Shown here: in pieces, positions 1 to 11,569 of the stretch
Numbering within the stretch: the stretch's first letter is position 1
How the letters are laid out: the number at the start of each line of letters is the position of its first letter
Position numbers and translations under genes: made by a program
The notes under the pieces: generated by a model
What the model was told of the DNA's origin: nothing
What the model saw: only the letters and a program-made list of their open reading frames with translations
The model's database searches: none
Source of the DNA: Elsinoe ampelina
Lineage: Eukaryota
Direction: 5' to 3'
NCBI GenBank assembly: GCA_010093995.1
Contig: ML992519.1
Coordinates: forward strand, 101,519 to 165,518
DNA: 64,000 nucleotides

Positions 1-200
1 AGGCTACTATAAGTGTTTATCTTAATATAGCTAGTCTAGAATTTAGTGTAGGCGGCTTAGTAATCCTTTTAATAATAACACGCTTAATTTGCTATAGCTT
101 TAAGTGCTTTTGTAGAAGCGCCGGGCTTATAACCTGTTATAACTAGCAAATTGGATCGAGAGACGTGTGTTTCATTTAGAGAGTTACAATAACCGATTTA
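1..200. repeat. Edge of an AT-rich, RIP-like degraded repeat block continuing upstream of the window
   Basis: TpA-rich, CpA/TpG-poor sequence (aggctactataagtgtttatcttaatatagctagtctaga...) with the same texture as the 48.4-58.7 kb block; grades into normal composition by about 200-300. Confidence 0.55.
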
Positions 201-514
201 TCTACTGTGCGTGCGCTGACTCATCAGTACCAGTTCTTCAGTACCAGAGAAGCTGTACTAGCCTTCCATTACAACAATTTCCTGTATAGGATTAGCGTAG
301 ATTTCGCCGCAAACCATATTACCAGTGACTCTACTGTCCTGACTTCTTCGACATTATCCTCCCTTCACAACTCCACATACTCACAACATATTTCAGGAAT
401 GAATGTTGGAATATGGTTCCTTGTCCCGCACGGTCTCTCATACGTTGAGTAATTTCGCCTTCCGGGTCATGTCGAACAATTCGGTCGATCTGGACTTCAC
501 CTACAGCTCACATC

Positions 515-3500
515 ATGGACGAAGACGATGATTACAGCGCCTACCCGGACCCATCGAGTGCATATGTAACACCCTACACTTCCCAGTACGATGGCGGATA
601 CTCAGAAAGCGCCGGACCCTACGGGGACCCTCGTCATGGCGGATTGTGGCAAGCGGGACCTGTTCCGCTCGTACACGATGGCTTCATCATGCGAGACGAA
701 GCGCCTGAATCAGACCCCGGGGAAGACTCCGAAGATGATCTGAGAGCACTCTATGAACGCTTCAATGTCAGCAACGTCCTCGAAAAGACACCGACAAACT
801 TTCGCCAAGGCGGTCAAAGTGCTGCTGGTGCCGAGTTCAATTTCGGACTTGACGATGAAGTGGATATGGATGAAATACCATACGCGGATCTTGATATTCC
901 CCCGGACGTTGATGGCAATGCACCCGACATCGACCCCGACTTCCAAATGTCAGGCGATGAATCCGATGGTGCTGATTCTATCGACATGGAGCTGCTCCAA
1001 GGAATCCTAGAGGAAGAGACCACTGTCCCGCCCCGTGGCCGTGGAAGAGGACGACCAAGAGGAAGAGGTCGAGGGAGAGGTCGAGGCGGATGGAAATGGG
1101 CACTCAAGGGAACCGAGCATGACCCGACCATAGCAAGAGGCAGCCGACCACGCGGACGACCTCGAGGTGGCAGAGGATCTGGACGGGGTAAGAAGGGAAG
1201 GCCACCTGGACCTGCCCAGCCTGCCGACCCCGGTGCTGCATTCAAGGAGCTCCAAGCAAAGGCGACACAGAAGTTCCTTGCTGGTGAATATGAGGAAGCA
1301 GCTGAACTCGCCCGTCAAGCCGTTCAGATGAATCCGGAAGTCTTCGCCGCTCACAGTCTACTGTCGGAAATCTTGCAAGCTCAGGGGATGGCCAAGGACT
1401 CACTTTCAGCATTGGTAACAGGAGCACATACCAAACGAGATCCCGAGCTGTGGTACCATTTATCGAAGAAGACGCTCGACCTTGCTGGCGATGATCCCAC
1501 ACCCCAGAGCTTGGACGCAGCAGCTTATTGCTTGAGTTGCGCCATCCGACTGAATTCGCAGGACTACGATGCCCGCCGAGAGAGATTGAATTTGATTCTT
1601 CGAGTCTATCAGATGACGAACAATGCAAGCGCAGCCGCTCGTGCTAGGAATGAATGCCGGCACATGCTCAAACTACGACCAGAAGATATACTGGTCGCTC
1701 GAGAGCATGCCGAACTTGCAGTCATGTCTCGAGCTGATTCAGAGATCAGAAAGGCAAAAATGCTGTACGATGAAGCAATGAAGCTACAGCTTGAGAACAA
1801 CGTTTCTGGTCTTGATCAGGATGAGGATGAACAGTGGAACCATGCTTTGGTGTACGTGGGCATGGTTGAGCGTATCGACGGACATGCCGCTGCCATTCAG
1901 CAATTCAAGATCCTCGCCAGACGAATCCAGCAACGACAAGATCAGACTTTCTGGGACGATTTTGACGATGATCGAGAGTTCGACGTCGATAATCAGAGTC
2001 GCAAAGATGAGGTTGAAGAATATGATATGTTGAAGCAGACGGCGACCGCTGACGATCCAATTCTCAATCCTAACCTGCCGATTGATATGCGTGTCAAGTT
2101 GGGTCTGTACCGACTGGCTCTGGAAGATCACCATCAAGACGAAGCACTTCGGCATTTCCAATACCTCCTCAATGAGGCGGACAATGTTGCCGAAGTGGCT
2201 GACCTGTTTCGAGACGTTGCGGATGCCTTGAAGGAGTCTGACTGCACGGACGAGGCGATTCAATTCTACGAACCACTTCAAGATGTTCCAGACACATTGG
2301 ATCTGGCCTACTATACAAATCTGGCAAAGTGCTATGTCAAGTCAGGACAAGAGATCGAAGCGGAGGAGTGCTTCAAGATTGTGATTGAGAATAACAGCGA
2401 CGATGTCGAAGCAAAAGTAGCCCTTGCTAAACTCTATGAGAAACAAGATCGAAGTGCTGAGGCTCTACCGCTCATCACAAATGTCATTCGTATGGGCCGA
2501 CACGATGCGCTCAAGAAGAGCAAGGTCACAATCCCAAGAAAGGAGATCAGAGCAGAAGAAAGGAAACGCGAGCAAGAGCTTCAACAACAAGCCGAGGCAG
2601 AAGAGAACGACATCATACTCCGAGAAGCAATGGAGACGGCGCAGAACTCCATTGTGGATCAGGTTATCATGGACATCGGAACAGAAGAACAACTGCGTCA
2701 ACGGGAAGAGCTGGCCAGGACTACCCGAACAGCACACCCGCCGCCTCAACCGAAGACGAGGAGAGCGCCTCGACCAAAGTCGATTATCTCTCGCCCACCA
2801 AAAGTGCCCAAAGCCAAGGTCGTGAATCTCCCAAAGCCTGCCAAGTTACCACTGGATCGGCCGAGAAGATTGGGCGGTATTTCGACGGTTGCGTTGGAGC
2901 GTCAACAAAAGATTGCAGAACAGCTCAGGGTGATGAAGTCGGCCAGCGAGCGGATACACGCCAATTACGAGACAATGAAGTCTTGCACTGCTGAGATGGA
3001 GGATGGCGATGAAGATGCGATTGCTATCTGGAAGTCTGCGATCACTGGCATGCTCGACGAGTTCAAGGCATGCAAATATCACTATACTGGCGTGAAAGAG
3101 AAGCAGATAGGTTTCCAAGGGTACGGCAGGCAGACTAAACTGCTCACTGAGATGGAGGCAATGCGGAACCGTCTTGAACAAGGTCTGAATGGGATTTCGA
3201 CTGCCATGGGCGACGTCATACCTGACAACTTCCACGACATCCATCATAGTACTTGGCTTGATCTGTTCTGCAACCTGGCTTTGCAGCAGGCCCGAGAAGG
3301 TGACGACAAGGCCTGCTATGCGACCCTCAATTCCGCGGCAGATATCAACATCTTCCACTTCAACGATCACTATCTGCACCGCCTCTCCGCCACTTCTCTC
3401 GCCTGCGCGTTGCATCTCAATGATGAAGTTCGTATCAACGAGGTCACTAGACATTTCATGACCATTCATATGTTTTCGCCCACATCTTACGACATCTTTG

Positions 3501-4237
3501 TGGCTGCGTTCCGCTTCCATGTCGGGCCTACTACCTGGTTCAATGCATCGCCGACGCAAAAGTTCTTGATGCGATCGGTCAAGCAATTCGACTTCCACAA
3601 TTTACCGGTCCACAAGCGAGCTGACTGGCCTTTGACAAAGGGCGAGAAAGCAGCCATGACTTCGTCTGGTCGTAAGCCAGTGGGTTGGCCAGGGACGCCG
3701 GATCTGAGCCCCAATCTCCTCGCCCTCTACGGGCACATCATGGCAGCCACTCAGACCTGGACCGGTGCACTCAACTACTATTTCCGAGCTCTTGCCATGC
3801 GACCTAAGGATCCAACGCTGCTGTTGTGCATTGGGTCGGCATACGTCATGGGCTCGATGAAGCGACAGAGCGACAACAGACACTGGATGGTGATGCAAGG
3901 ACTCGGTTTCCTGGGCCAGTACAAGCGAGTTCGCCGGGGCATGGCAGAGGAGAAAGGCAATAGCCTCTACCTGCAAGAAGCAGAGTTCAACGTGGCGAGG
4001 GCGTGGCACTTTCTCGGACTCACGCACCTTGCTATCCGCGGCTACCGAGAATGTCTCCGGTTGAGCAGGCTGATTGAGCGAGAGCGAGAATCACGAATGG
4101 AAACTGATCAAGACGAAAGCGAATTGGACGTGGAGGAGTATACGCAAGAAGCAGCACTGGGACTGATCAACATTTACGTGACCACGGACCAGGCGGGCAG
4201 GGCCAGAGCATTAGCGGAGCAATACCTCGTCATGTGA
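515..4237 (+). CDS. TFC4: RNA polymerase III transcription factor TFIIIC TPR subunit (Tfc4/Sfc4/GTF3C3)
   Basis: Uninterrupted 1240-aa ORF: acidic N-terminus, GR-rich/AT-hook segment, multiple TPRs (A..LARQAVQMNPEVFAAHSLLSEI), and C-terminal ALNYYFRA...MKRQSDNRH...QEAEFNVARAWHFLGLTHLA...Y typical of Tfc4. Confidence 0.9.
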   Translation: MDEDDDYSAYPDPSSAYVTPYTSQYDGGYSESAGPYGDPRHGGLWQAGPVPLVHDGFIMRDEAPESDPGEDSEDDLRALYERFNVSNVLEKTPTNFRQGGQSAAGAEFNFGLDDEVDMDEIPYADLDIPPDVDGNAPDIDPDFQMSGDESDGADSIDMELLQGILEEETTVPPRGRGRGRPRGRGRGRGRGGWKWALKGTEHDPTIARGSRPRGRPRGGRGSGRGKKGRPPGPAQPADPGAAFKELQAKATQKFLAGEYEEAAELARQAVQMNPEVFAAHSLLSEILQAQGMAKDSLSALVTGAHTKRDPELWYHLSKKTLDLAGDDPTPQSLDAAAYCLSCAIRLNSQDYDARRERLNLILRVYQMTNNASAAARARNECRHMLKLRPEDILVAREHAELAVMSRADSEIRKAKMLYDEAMKLQLENNVSGLDQDEDEQWNHALVYVGMVERIDGHAAAIQQFKILARRIQQRQDQTFWDDFDDDREFDVDNQSRKDEVEEYDMLKQTATADDPILNPNLPIDMRVKLGLYRLALEDHHQDEALRHFQYLLNEADNVAEVADLFRDVADALKESDCTDEAIQFYEPLQDVPDTLDLAYYTNLAKCYVKSGQEIEAEECFKIVIENNSDDVEAKVALAKLYEKQDRSAEALPLITNVIRMGRHDALKKSKVTIPRKEIRAEERKREQELQQQAEAEENDIILREAMETAQNSIVDQVIMDIGTEEQLRQREELARTTRTAHPPPQPKTRRAPRPKSIISRPPKVPKAKVVNLPKPAKLPLDRPRRLGGISTVALERQQKIAEQLRVMKSASERIHANYETMKSCTAEMEDGDEDAIAIWKSAITGMLDEFKACKYHYTGVKEKQIGFQGYGRQTKLLTEMEAMRNRLEQGLNGISTAMGDVIPDNFHDIHHSTWLDLFCNLALQQAREGDDKACYATLNSAADINIFHFNDHYLHRLSATSLACALHLNDEVRINEVTRHFMTIHMFSPTSYDIFVAAFRFHVGPTTWFNASPTQKFLMRSVKQFDFHNLPVHKRADWPLTKGEKAAMTSSGRKPVGWPGTPDLSPNLLALYGHIMAATQTWTGALNYYFRALAMRPKDPTLLLCIGSAYVMGSMKRQSDNRHWMVMQGLGFLGQYKRVRRGMAEEKGNSLYLQEAEFNVARAWHFLGLTHLAIRGYRECLRLSRLIERERESRMETDQDESELDVEEYTQEAALGLINIYVTTDQAGRARALAEQYLVM

Positions 4238-4370
4238 GAGACGTCGCCGCAAGGCAGGAAGGAGTTTATCATCGAGAATCTAGATACCCAATTCATGACA
4301 TTTGTTGTTCTACATGACTCATGCAGTCCGTTATGCATCTCCGCCTCTTCAAATGCCTCGTTCAACCATG

Positions 4371-6008
4371 TCACCGCTTCCCCTTCTTCCCCTTCCCTCC
4401 CCCTCCGCCACCGGCCGGCTTCAACGCCGCGTGCCCAAAATCTTTGATATGCTGGAACATCCTCGTTTTGGACGGGAAAGAGGCCGCGCAGACGGCGCAT
4501 TGGAATCTGTTCTCCTGCTGTTCCGTAGACTGCGCGGCTGCGGCTTTCTTGGCTCTTTTGAGTGCTGCTTTGCCTTTCTTTGGCTGCGCGGGTTGGGGGA
4601 CGGAGTCGTCGTCGCTGTCGAGGGGTGTGGCTGAGGTGGGATCAGATGAGGGGTTCGAGGTGAGGCGGTCGGCGATGGTGGAGGGGTCGGCGTAGTCGGA
4701 GTCTTGGGAGGAGGAGTCTTCCTCTGATTCTGGTTGTGGTGATTGGGTTGGTGGTGGATGGTCTTTGACTTCGTCGCTGTCGCTTTGGTCGTTGATATCC
4801 AGGCCACTCGTCTGTTGGGCAAGATCCGCTTCCTCGTCTTGATCTGCTGTGGCGGCTTCTGTCTGCGCTTCATCGAGATCGTCCACATCTTCGGTGGCGG
4901 GTGTCGAGGTACCAGAATCGAGATCATCATCATCGAGGTTGAGGTGCTTGTTCTCTTTTCGCATCTTTGCTTTCAACCCTTGGACAGCCTTTTGATGCTT
5001 TTTACTCCTCTCGTGAGCCTCAAATTGCTTCTCGCTCTTGAAAGTCTTGCGGCATGCCACGCACTCAAAGTGCTCCTCTTCACTCTCGCTGTCTTCGATC
5101 TCTCCTTCGAGCTCGTCCTTGACTGCCACCTGCGCCCATTCTGGCACAGCTTGTTTGAGCTTTTCCTCGTTCTCCTTCCGTGCCCGTGCTTTCTGTGCGT
5201 TAGCAGCGTCCCGAAGTACTTTCTGTCTCTCCGCCTCGGACTGTTGAGTCGGGACATATCTGGGATCTCTCTTCCGCACAAAAGCTACCAAGCTTCTCAC
5301 CGCATCATTGAACTCCCTGATACCCTCTTCTCGAGCCTTCTGATTCTCCTTTTCCATCGCTCGTCTGTACCGCCGATCCGGTGCCTCGCTCAAGCGATAG
5401 CGATCCTTCCACTTGAAACTTTTCCTTGTCCCAAAACCACCCCATACCGCATAGAATGGCTTCACTACGTCCTCATAATCATCCGCTTTGTGCCCGAAGC
5501 TGGGATAGTCCACGGGGTCTCCGCCCTCCCATTGCACAGCCACTTCCTCTTCCTTTGCCAAATGCTCGAACGTTTCCCTCAAGAATCCAAAGAAGCCACT
5601 CGGAGCATCTGTGAACTCTACACCGGAATTGAATTTCCTCACCATCCTCGCAATATCGTCCGCCGTCGTCACTTTGAGGTTGCCCTCGAAGACCTCCCCT
5701 CCGCCGCCTTCGCCACCAACATCGTCGTCGCCACGCAGGATGGCGGACTCATGAGAGTCATACCATGCTCGTTCTTGTGGGTCAGAGAGGATCTCATACG
5801 CGGTCTGGACTTCTGCGAACAAGGCTGTGGCGGCTTCGACATTGTTGTAGTTCCTGTCCGGGTGAAGCTCGAGGGCTTTTCGGCGGTAGGCCTTTTTGAT
5901 CTCGTCCTCGGTGGCGTTGCGTTCGATACTGAGGAGGGTGTAGTACGAAGTCTTCACCTCGGACGAAGGGGCGGAGGATGAAGTGGAGGTTGATTGAGAA
6001 GCCCCCAT
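4371..6008 (-). CDS. JJJ1: DnaJ co-chaperone with C2H2 zinc fingers (Jjj1/DNAJC21)
   Basis: J-domain with HPD (ALELHPDRN), zuotin-like middle region, and two C2H2 fingers (CVACRKTFKSEKQFEAHERSKKH; CAVCAASFPSKTRMFQHIKDFGH). Confidence 0.92.
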   Translation of the reverse strand: MGASQSTSTSSSAPSSEVKTSYYTLLSIERNATEDEIKKAYRRKALELHPDRNYNNVEAATALFAEVQTAYEILSDPQERAWYDSHESAILRGDDDVGGEGGGGEVFEGNLKVTTADDIARMVRKFNSGVEFTDAPSGFFGFLRETFEHLAKEEEVAVQWEGGDPVDYPSFGHKADDYEDVVKPFYAVWGGFGTRKSFKWKDRYRLSEAPDRRYRRAMEKENQKAREEGIREFNDAVRSLVAFVRKRDPRYVPTQQSEAERQKVLRDAANAQKARARKENEEKLKQAVPEWAQVAVKDELEGEIEDSESEEEHFECVACRKTFKSEKQFEAHERSKKHQKAVQGLKAKMRKENKHLNLDDDDLDSGTSTPATEDVDDLDEAQTEAATADQDEEADLAQQTSGLDINDQSDSDEVKDHPPPTQSPQPESEEDSSSQDSDYADPSTIADRLTSNPSSDPTSATPLDSDDDSVPQPAQPKKGKAALKRAKKAAAAQSTEQQENRFQCAVCAASFPSKTRMFQHIKDFGHAALKPAGGGGGGKGKKGKR

Positions 6009-6494
6009 CCTGGGTGTTGAATGCTCGAAAGGTGCTGACGAACCGAGAGATCTGGATCACGCAAGGACTCAGCTCGAAAGCCGTCAAGCCGGCCTCGTGC
6101 TTCAATGATGGGTCCCAGCTAATGTCTCATCATGATCTGGTGGGATGCGGGTTGAGTCATACCATGTCGGATTGCCGCTCACGTGATCAGGACTGTCATT
6201 CAAGAGGGCCTAGAGTGCACGGTTGAGTATGGAATAGGGACGGCAGATTGAGTATGCTTCGTCGCAAAGAAAATGCTCTTGACCAAGCCACTCACTGTCA
6301 AGATATGTGGACGTAAAGTTGCCTTCCACTTGCTATCACCGAGCAAACTCCGGCCTGATTTTCTGCCACAGCGGTGAGATACTTTTTGCTGGCCTGCCTT
6401 CCTGCCATACTCGTACCTCCGCCACCATCTCCGACCTACTCGAGCAGCACTCAGTGAACCTTCGACAAGTCAATCTCTCCCTTCTACCGCCAAC

Positions 6495-7829
6495 ATGGCG
6501 GCCGCCGCCTCGGATAAAGCGCGCTTTTTCCTCGAGCAGTCCGTTCCCGAGCTGCAAGCCTTCAAGGAGAAAGGCATCTTCACGCCCTCGGAAATCGCTG
6601 CCATCGCCTCGAAACGCTCCTCTTTCGAACACCGGATCAACATGGCTGGAGTACCCAAGCCTACTGACTTTGCACGCTACGCAAGCTACGAAATGAATCT
6701 CGACCTTCTGCGGAAAAAGCGGTGCAAGAGGATGGGAGTGCGGGGCACGAATTTCGCTGGGCACAAGAGGGTGTTTGGTGTATTGGAACGAGGGCTGCAG
6801 AAATTTCCCGGAGACCTTGGACTGTGGATGCAATACTTGGAGTTCTGCCGGGACGAGAGGGCGAACAGCAAGCTGGCAAAGGGCATCACAAAAGTACTTA
6901 GATTACATCCGACAAAATGGGAGCTGTGGGTATGGGCGGCGAGATATTATTTCGACGTGCAGGGAGATATGGCGTTGGCGAGGAGCTACATGCAGAGAGG
7001 GCTACGGTTCTGCGAGAAGGAGAAGGAGATGTGGGTACAATATCTGAGGTTGGAGATGGTGTATATCGCAAAGGTCAACGCGAGGAGAAAGATCCTAGGG
7101 TTGGACGAGGAAAAGAAGGACCTGGAGGAAGAGATAGACAAGGACGGATTTCTAGAAGCTGACGAGATTGCTTTACCTTCCATCACGGCCGCTGATCTGG
7201 ATGCTGGACGGAACAAGACATCACTGGCTATCGATGATGCGACGATTAAAAGCCTTGCCAAATCCCCTGCATTGAGTGGAGCTATCCCTATGGCGATTGC
7301 AGAAGCTGCTGCCAAGACTTTCAATGGCAGTGCCGCCATCTTGGAAGATCTGTTCGACTGCGTGGCAGCCTTTAACGATGTGCCTTGCACGCCAAAGATC
7401 CTGCAGCAGATATTGGAAGGCATGTCGACACAGTCGCGGCAGGCGCAGTCGGATGCCATTCGGACAGCCTGCGAAGCTCGATTCGAAGTTGCTGGCGTGG
7501 ACATCGAATCGCCAGAATTTATTCGCGCGTTCCAGCGGGCTCGGGCGAAACTGAATGCCATACCCAGAGATTCTTCGGAGAGCCGGATAACCGCCGAGTC
7601 GCGGATGCTGTTAGTCACCATTCCAAGGCTGAATGGGAAGGATGATGTTGTGGAAGAGGTTGTGGCTGTCCTAGACGCCATCACCAAGAAGAGTCTCGTC
7701 GAGCTCAAGAGAATCGCCAGCGGCAAAGACCACGGGAGGAACGATCCATTGACTTGGCTGGAGAAGAGACTTGTCGGCCATGGAGTCAAGAGAGAGGTTC
7801 TGGCTGAGTACGGCATTGGTGCAGAATGA
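6495..7829 (+). CDS. UTP6: U3 snoRNA-associated protein 6 (SSU processome)
   Basis: N-terminus DKARFFLEQSVPELQ...KRSSFEH..., YEMNLDLLRKKRCKR, and HAT repeats (ARSYMQRGLRFC). Confidence 0.92.
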   Translation: MAAAASDKARFFLEQSVPELQAFKEKGIFTPSEIAAIASKRSSFEHRINMAGVPKPTDFARYASYEMNLDLLRKKRCKRMGVRGTNFAGHKRVFGVLERGLQKFPGDLGLWMQYLEFCRDERANSKLAKGITKVLRLHPTKWELWVWAARYYFDVQGDMALARSYMQRGLRFCEKEKEMWVQYLRLEMVYIAKVNARRKILGLDEEKKDLEEEIDKDGFLEADEIALPSITAADLDAGRNKTSLAIDDATIKSLAKSPALSGAIPMAIAEAAAKTFNGSAAILEDLFDCVAAFNDVPCTPKILQQILEGMSTQSRQAQSDAIRTACEARFEVAGVDIESPEFIRAFQRARAKLNAIPRDSSESRITAESRMLLVTIPRLNGKDDVVEEVVAVLDAITKKSLVELKRIASGKDHGRNDPLTWLEKRLVGHGVKREVLAEYGIGAE

Positions 7830-7971
7830 GGAGATGATAGCCGAGTGCCGATCCTGGGACATCACCGAGTGTCCAGAACGGCGACCGACCAATATGGCCG
7901 AATCACGGCTCCGATTTGAGGGAACTGAGAGACGTTTGCAGTTCCATAGGCGACCCGAGAGTCAATTCGGA

Positions 7972-8639
7972 TCAATAATCTGGTCTGCCCGAACTTCGTC
8001 TAGAGCTCTTCTTATCGCTCTTGAATTTCTTGGCCTTGAGTCTGCCTTCATTGGCCGATCTTTGGCTGTAGACTATCAGTGCCAGAGCACGAAGGGTAGA
8101 AGGACGACAAACAGGTTCTTTACCCTACTCTTCTGTGCGTCACTGGTCTCTCCCGGCACGTTTTCTTTGCCAGCCTGTACGATGAGCTCGTTGAGCTTTA
8201 CAAGGCACCGCTGGACGTTGTCTTGCTGCTTCCGGCTGTCATCAGCCTGGATGACTAGCTCATTGCTAGCAGCGTAACGTGACTGGGCAATGCTGGGCCA
8301 TAGTATCTTTGGTATCATTGGTTGGAGCGAAGAAAGAGCAACTTTGAGGGTGGCTTTAGAGTTGACCCTGGACGAGGTCAGACTCACCGTATATACTTGT
8401 TTCGAGGGCATGATATCAGACTTGTTCACGTTCTGCCCGCCTGGGCCGGAGCTGCGACTGAAAGAGAAATCGAAGATGTTGCGTGGCAGCGTGTCTGCAT
8501 CAAACTTTGCCAGCCATGCCCTTGCTTGCTTAATGTCCTCATCAGAAGCGCCTGTTGTAGCTGTGCTGCTATATCTGAGGGTATATGTGACCAGATTTGC
8601 CATGTATGGCCGTCGCCAAATGGAGAGCATGGTTGTCAT
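7972..8639 (-). CDS. Mitochondrial peptidyl-tRNA hydrolase, ICT1/Pth4-like (RF-1 domain); 2 introns
   Basis: FSRSSGPGGQNVNK|VNSKATL with the GGQ motif. Introns at about 8368-8421 (GTCTGA..CTGAC..CAG) and 8066-8112 (GTTTGT..TACAG). Basic C-tail LQRSANEGRLKAKKFKSDKKSSRR ends at TGA 7972. Confidence 0.85.
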
Positions 8640-9084
8640 GATGTTCAAACTTGAGTCGTTACACGTCGATCTCGGGATGACATTAATGATCTGAGAATCG
8701 AATGAGCAGGGATCATGCCGAGGATGAAAAAAGGAGCTTGAATTGTGAAGGTGAAGAAGTGAAAAGACGAGTCTGTGGTGCATCTCATCATCGGTCTTGG
8801 CAAGCCCGGCGCGGCGGGAAGAAACAGCTTCACCTCTTGCTGTCATTGCAAACATTGACACTCGCACCTAAAATCTTCACATCGACAACGTGACCATCGT
8901 ACTGTCATCACCTCTCGCTCCTCCTCTGAATCTCACACGAGCTCATCGCTGCTGTGTCGATTGTGGACCCTCCCACTTGTCTCCCCCACCGTCACACCAC
9001 TCCTCCGATAGTATATCCACGCGCTCCCCAAGCTATTGACTCGCAGGCGATCATGAAGCGCTGAACGCGCTCGATATCGCATAG

Positions 9085-11569
9085 ATGAGCTCGTCATCAC
9101 CGCCTGAGGACCCAGAATACACCAGCGCTCCAACTATCCTCTCGCCAGTGTCTCCAAAACCTATCCATTTTCCAATTCCAGACAACATCCCCGTCTTGCA
9201 CAAGCAGACCGACCTCGCCTTCAATCAAATGGCAGCGCACATTGGCGAAAACGAGCAGAATGGGTCAACGGTAATTGGAGAGCCCAGTGCTGAACCCGTG
9301 GCTTATCAGAAAGGATCTACGACTTCCGTCCAGCTGAATGGACAAAACGAGGGCATCACGGACAACATACCACAAGAAGCCAATGTAAGCTCTGAACCAC
9401 ACGCCGAAGACCAGTCCCACCTGCCTACATCCCTCGCGAACCCACCGGACCACTCCATGGATGCAACCACAGAGTCCGCTGCCCTGAACATACCTCCCTC
9501 TGCGTCCATCGTACCTCACCCTCAACATGCCAGTGTGTCTGAAGTTCAAACTCCCTTACATGCTCAGGTTGCCCAAGCAAACACCGATGCCCTCACGACA
9601 CCACAAGAGAACCCTCCAGACTACTCTGCCATCCTGAATAGTCTCAAGTCCTCAACCTCCACTGTCCATGCGCAGGATCCTGCTCCGTCCTTCATCCCAC
9701 TCGAGGATCCATCCACTTCCCAATCTCAACCCATATCAGCCGAATACAATGCTGCTTCCGCCGGACTTCCACCACGCCCACCTCCTCAAGCCCAGCCTGC
9801 CATCAATCAGAACTTCTCCCAAGCCTCTGACATCCGCCAATACCATCCCCATGGCTCAAGCAACTCCACACAAGCACCTCCCAAGCCAAGCTATCAGACT
9901 GGTGCGAACGGCCTGCCTCCTCCTCCTGTACCATCTTTCCAGCAGCCCCAACAATCCCAGTCTGCCAATCCTGTCATGTCACCGACTCAAGGACACTTTG
10001 ATGGCCCGCATAGCCAAGCAAGAGCGAGGAGGAATAGTCAGAGCGAGATCATTTTTGACGGGGAGCCGAAGTGGGATCCTGAGACACAGAAAGAGTTTGA
10101 CAGCTTTTTGGAGCAGGAGAGGCAGTACGTCACAGCCGGCAATTGGGAGTCGTTTCCCATGGGAAGTCGTCTCTTCGTCGGTAGGTCATCGAACATGCAA
10201 ATTTGTTCACAAACAAAGATTGACAATCGAACAGGCAACCTGAGCAGTGAACGGGTCACCAAAAGAGACGTCTTCCATGTTTTCCACCGCTACGGGAAGC
10301 TAGCTCAGATTTCTATCAAGCAGGCCTATGGCTTTGTGCAGTATCTGAACGCCGAGGATTGCCTCCGAGCTTTACAGGGTGAGCAGGGCGCAGTCATTAG
10401 AGGCAAGAGGATCAGTGAGCTCAACATTAACACTAAACCATGAAACACTCTATTGACAAATCCCAGATCTCGAAGTCTCAAAGCCACAGAGGAACAAACC
10501 TGGTGTGGTATCAAACAACAACAACGCCGGCCGACGACGATCCAGGTCGCCAGATCGTACCGGTGTAGATCGCTACGTATCTGGCGCGAGACAAGGCGAC
10601 AATCGAGCTCGTCAGCGCGACGACTACCGCCCTGGGCGAAACCAATCGCCACCAAGAGGACGACGCGACAGCTACGGACGGTATCGAAGTCGTTCAAGGT
10701 CACCTCCTGGGCGTGGAGGTAGATTCCGCAGCCCATCTCCAAGAAGAAACGAAGATGATGATCTACCATTGCCGCGACGTGCACCACGAGACGTACCCGA
10801 CGTCCAGATCATCGTGGTCGACCCAATCGATCAACCATGGATTCAGTGGCTGGAACGAACGATTTCAAGCCGTGGAGTCAAAGTCGACGTCCTCATGCTG
10901 TCACCAAGACTATCAGAACCCGCGGTCATCAAACGACAGATCATCGAGGGGGTCACGGCCGTCTCACGGGTCAATCGCTTCTCGAGACAGACCAACAAGA
11001 TCCCACTACAAGTCTTCGATAGGCGCGGAGGCACCGACGTGCGGTTTGAGGAGTATGCCGATCTTGATCCCCAAATTGCAGCAGAAGTCGTCAATCGAGC
11101 CAAAGCCAACAACGCTCCTGCACCTGCGCCTTCATACGGCTACGGGTACAACAGCTCGGCCGCACCCACCCCTGCTCAACCAGCTTTTGCTACAGCTGGT
11201 CTACCACCTAATATTGGCAACGCCATTGGGTCCATGGATGCTGCTCAGCTGCAAAAGCTACTAGGCGCAATGGCACCTGGCCAGTCCCAGCAACCACAGA
11301 TGCCACCCGACCTGGCTAAATTGCTCGGTGGGGCGGTACCAGGTGCGCAGGGTGGGCAAGGCCAGTACGGTCAATCGCCGCAGCAACATCAACAAAATCA
11401 GGACCCATTGGCGGCGCTGAGGGGCAATCCGGCTTTCGCGGGCCTCCTTGGTCAGGGAGTGCAGCAAGCACAGCAGCAGCAGCAGCCTCAGCAGCAGCAA
11501 AATCAGGGTCAAGGAGGCGCGCCAAATATGGCGGACATTTTGGCCAAGCTGGGAACTTACAAGCGATGA
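9085..11569 (+). CDS. RRM RNA-binding protein, Nab3/NCOA5-like; 2 introns
   Basis: RRM (SRLFVG|NLSSERVTKRDVFHVFHRYGKLAQISIKQAYGFVQY...HLEVSKP) is restored by removing introns near 10180-10234 and 10415-10465. It is followed by an RS-rich region, a VPDVQIIV domain and a Q-rich tail. Confidence 0.8.

Noticed and set aside
4743..5981. 412-aa ORF antisense to JJJ1
   Set aside because: Shadow frame of a codon-biased, charged-residue gene; no recognisable motifs.
6986..7816. 276-aa ORF antisense to UTP6
   Set aside because: Ser-rich shadow ORF with no independent evidence.
8640..8867. N-terminal extension of the peptidyl-tRNA hydrolase ORF in the track
   Set aside because: Starts at a non-ATG codon in the promoter shared with the RRM gene; ATG 8639 gives a plausible mitochondrial presequence.
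11460..11500. CAG-rich repeat
   Set aside because: Ordinary polyglutamine coding tract within the RRM protein.
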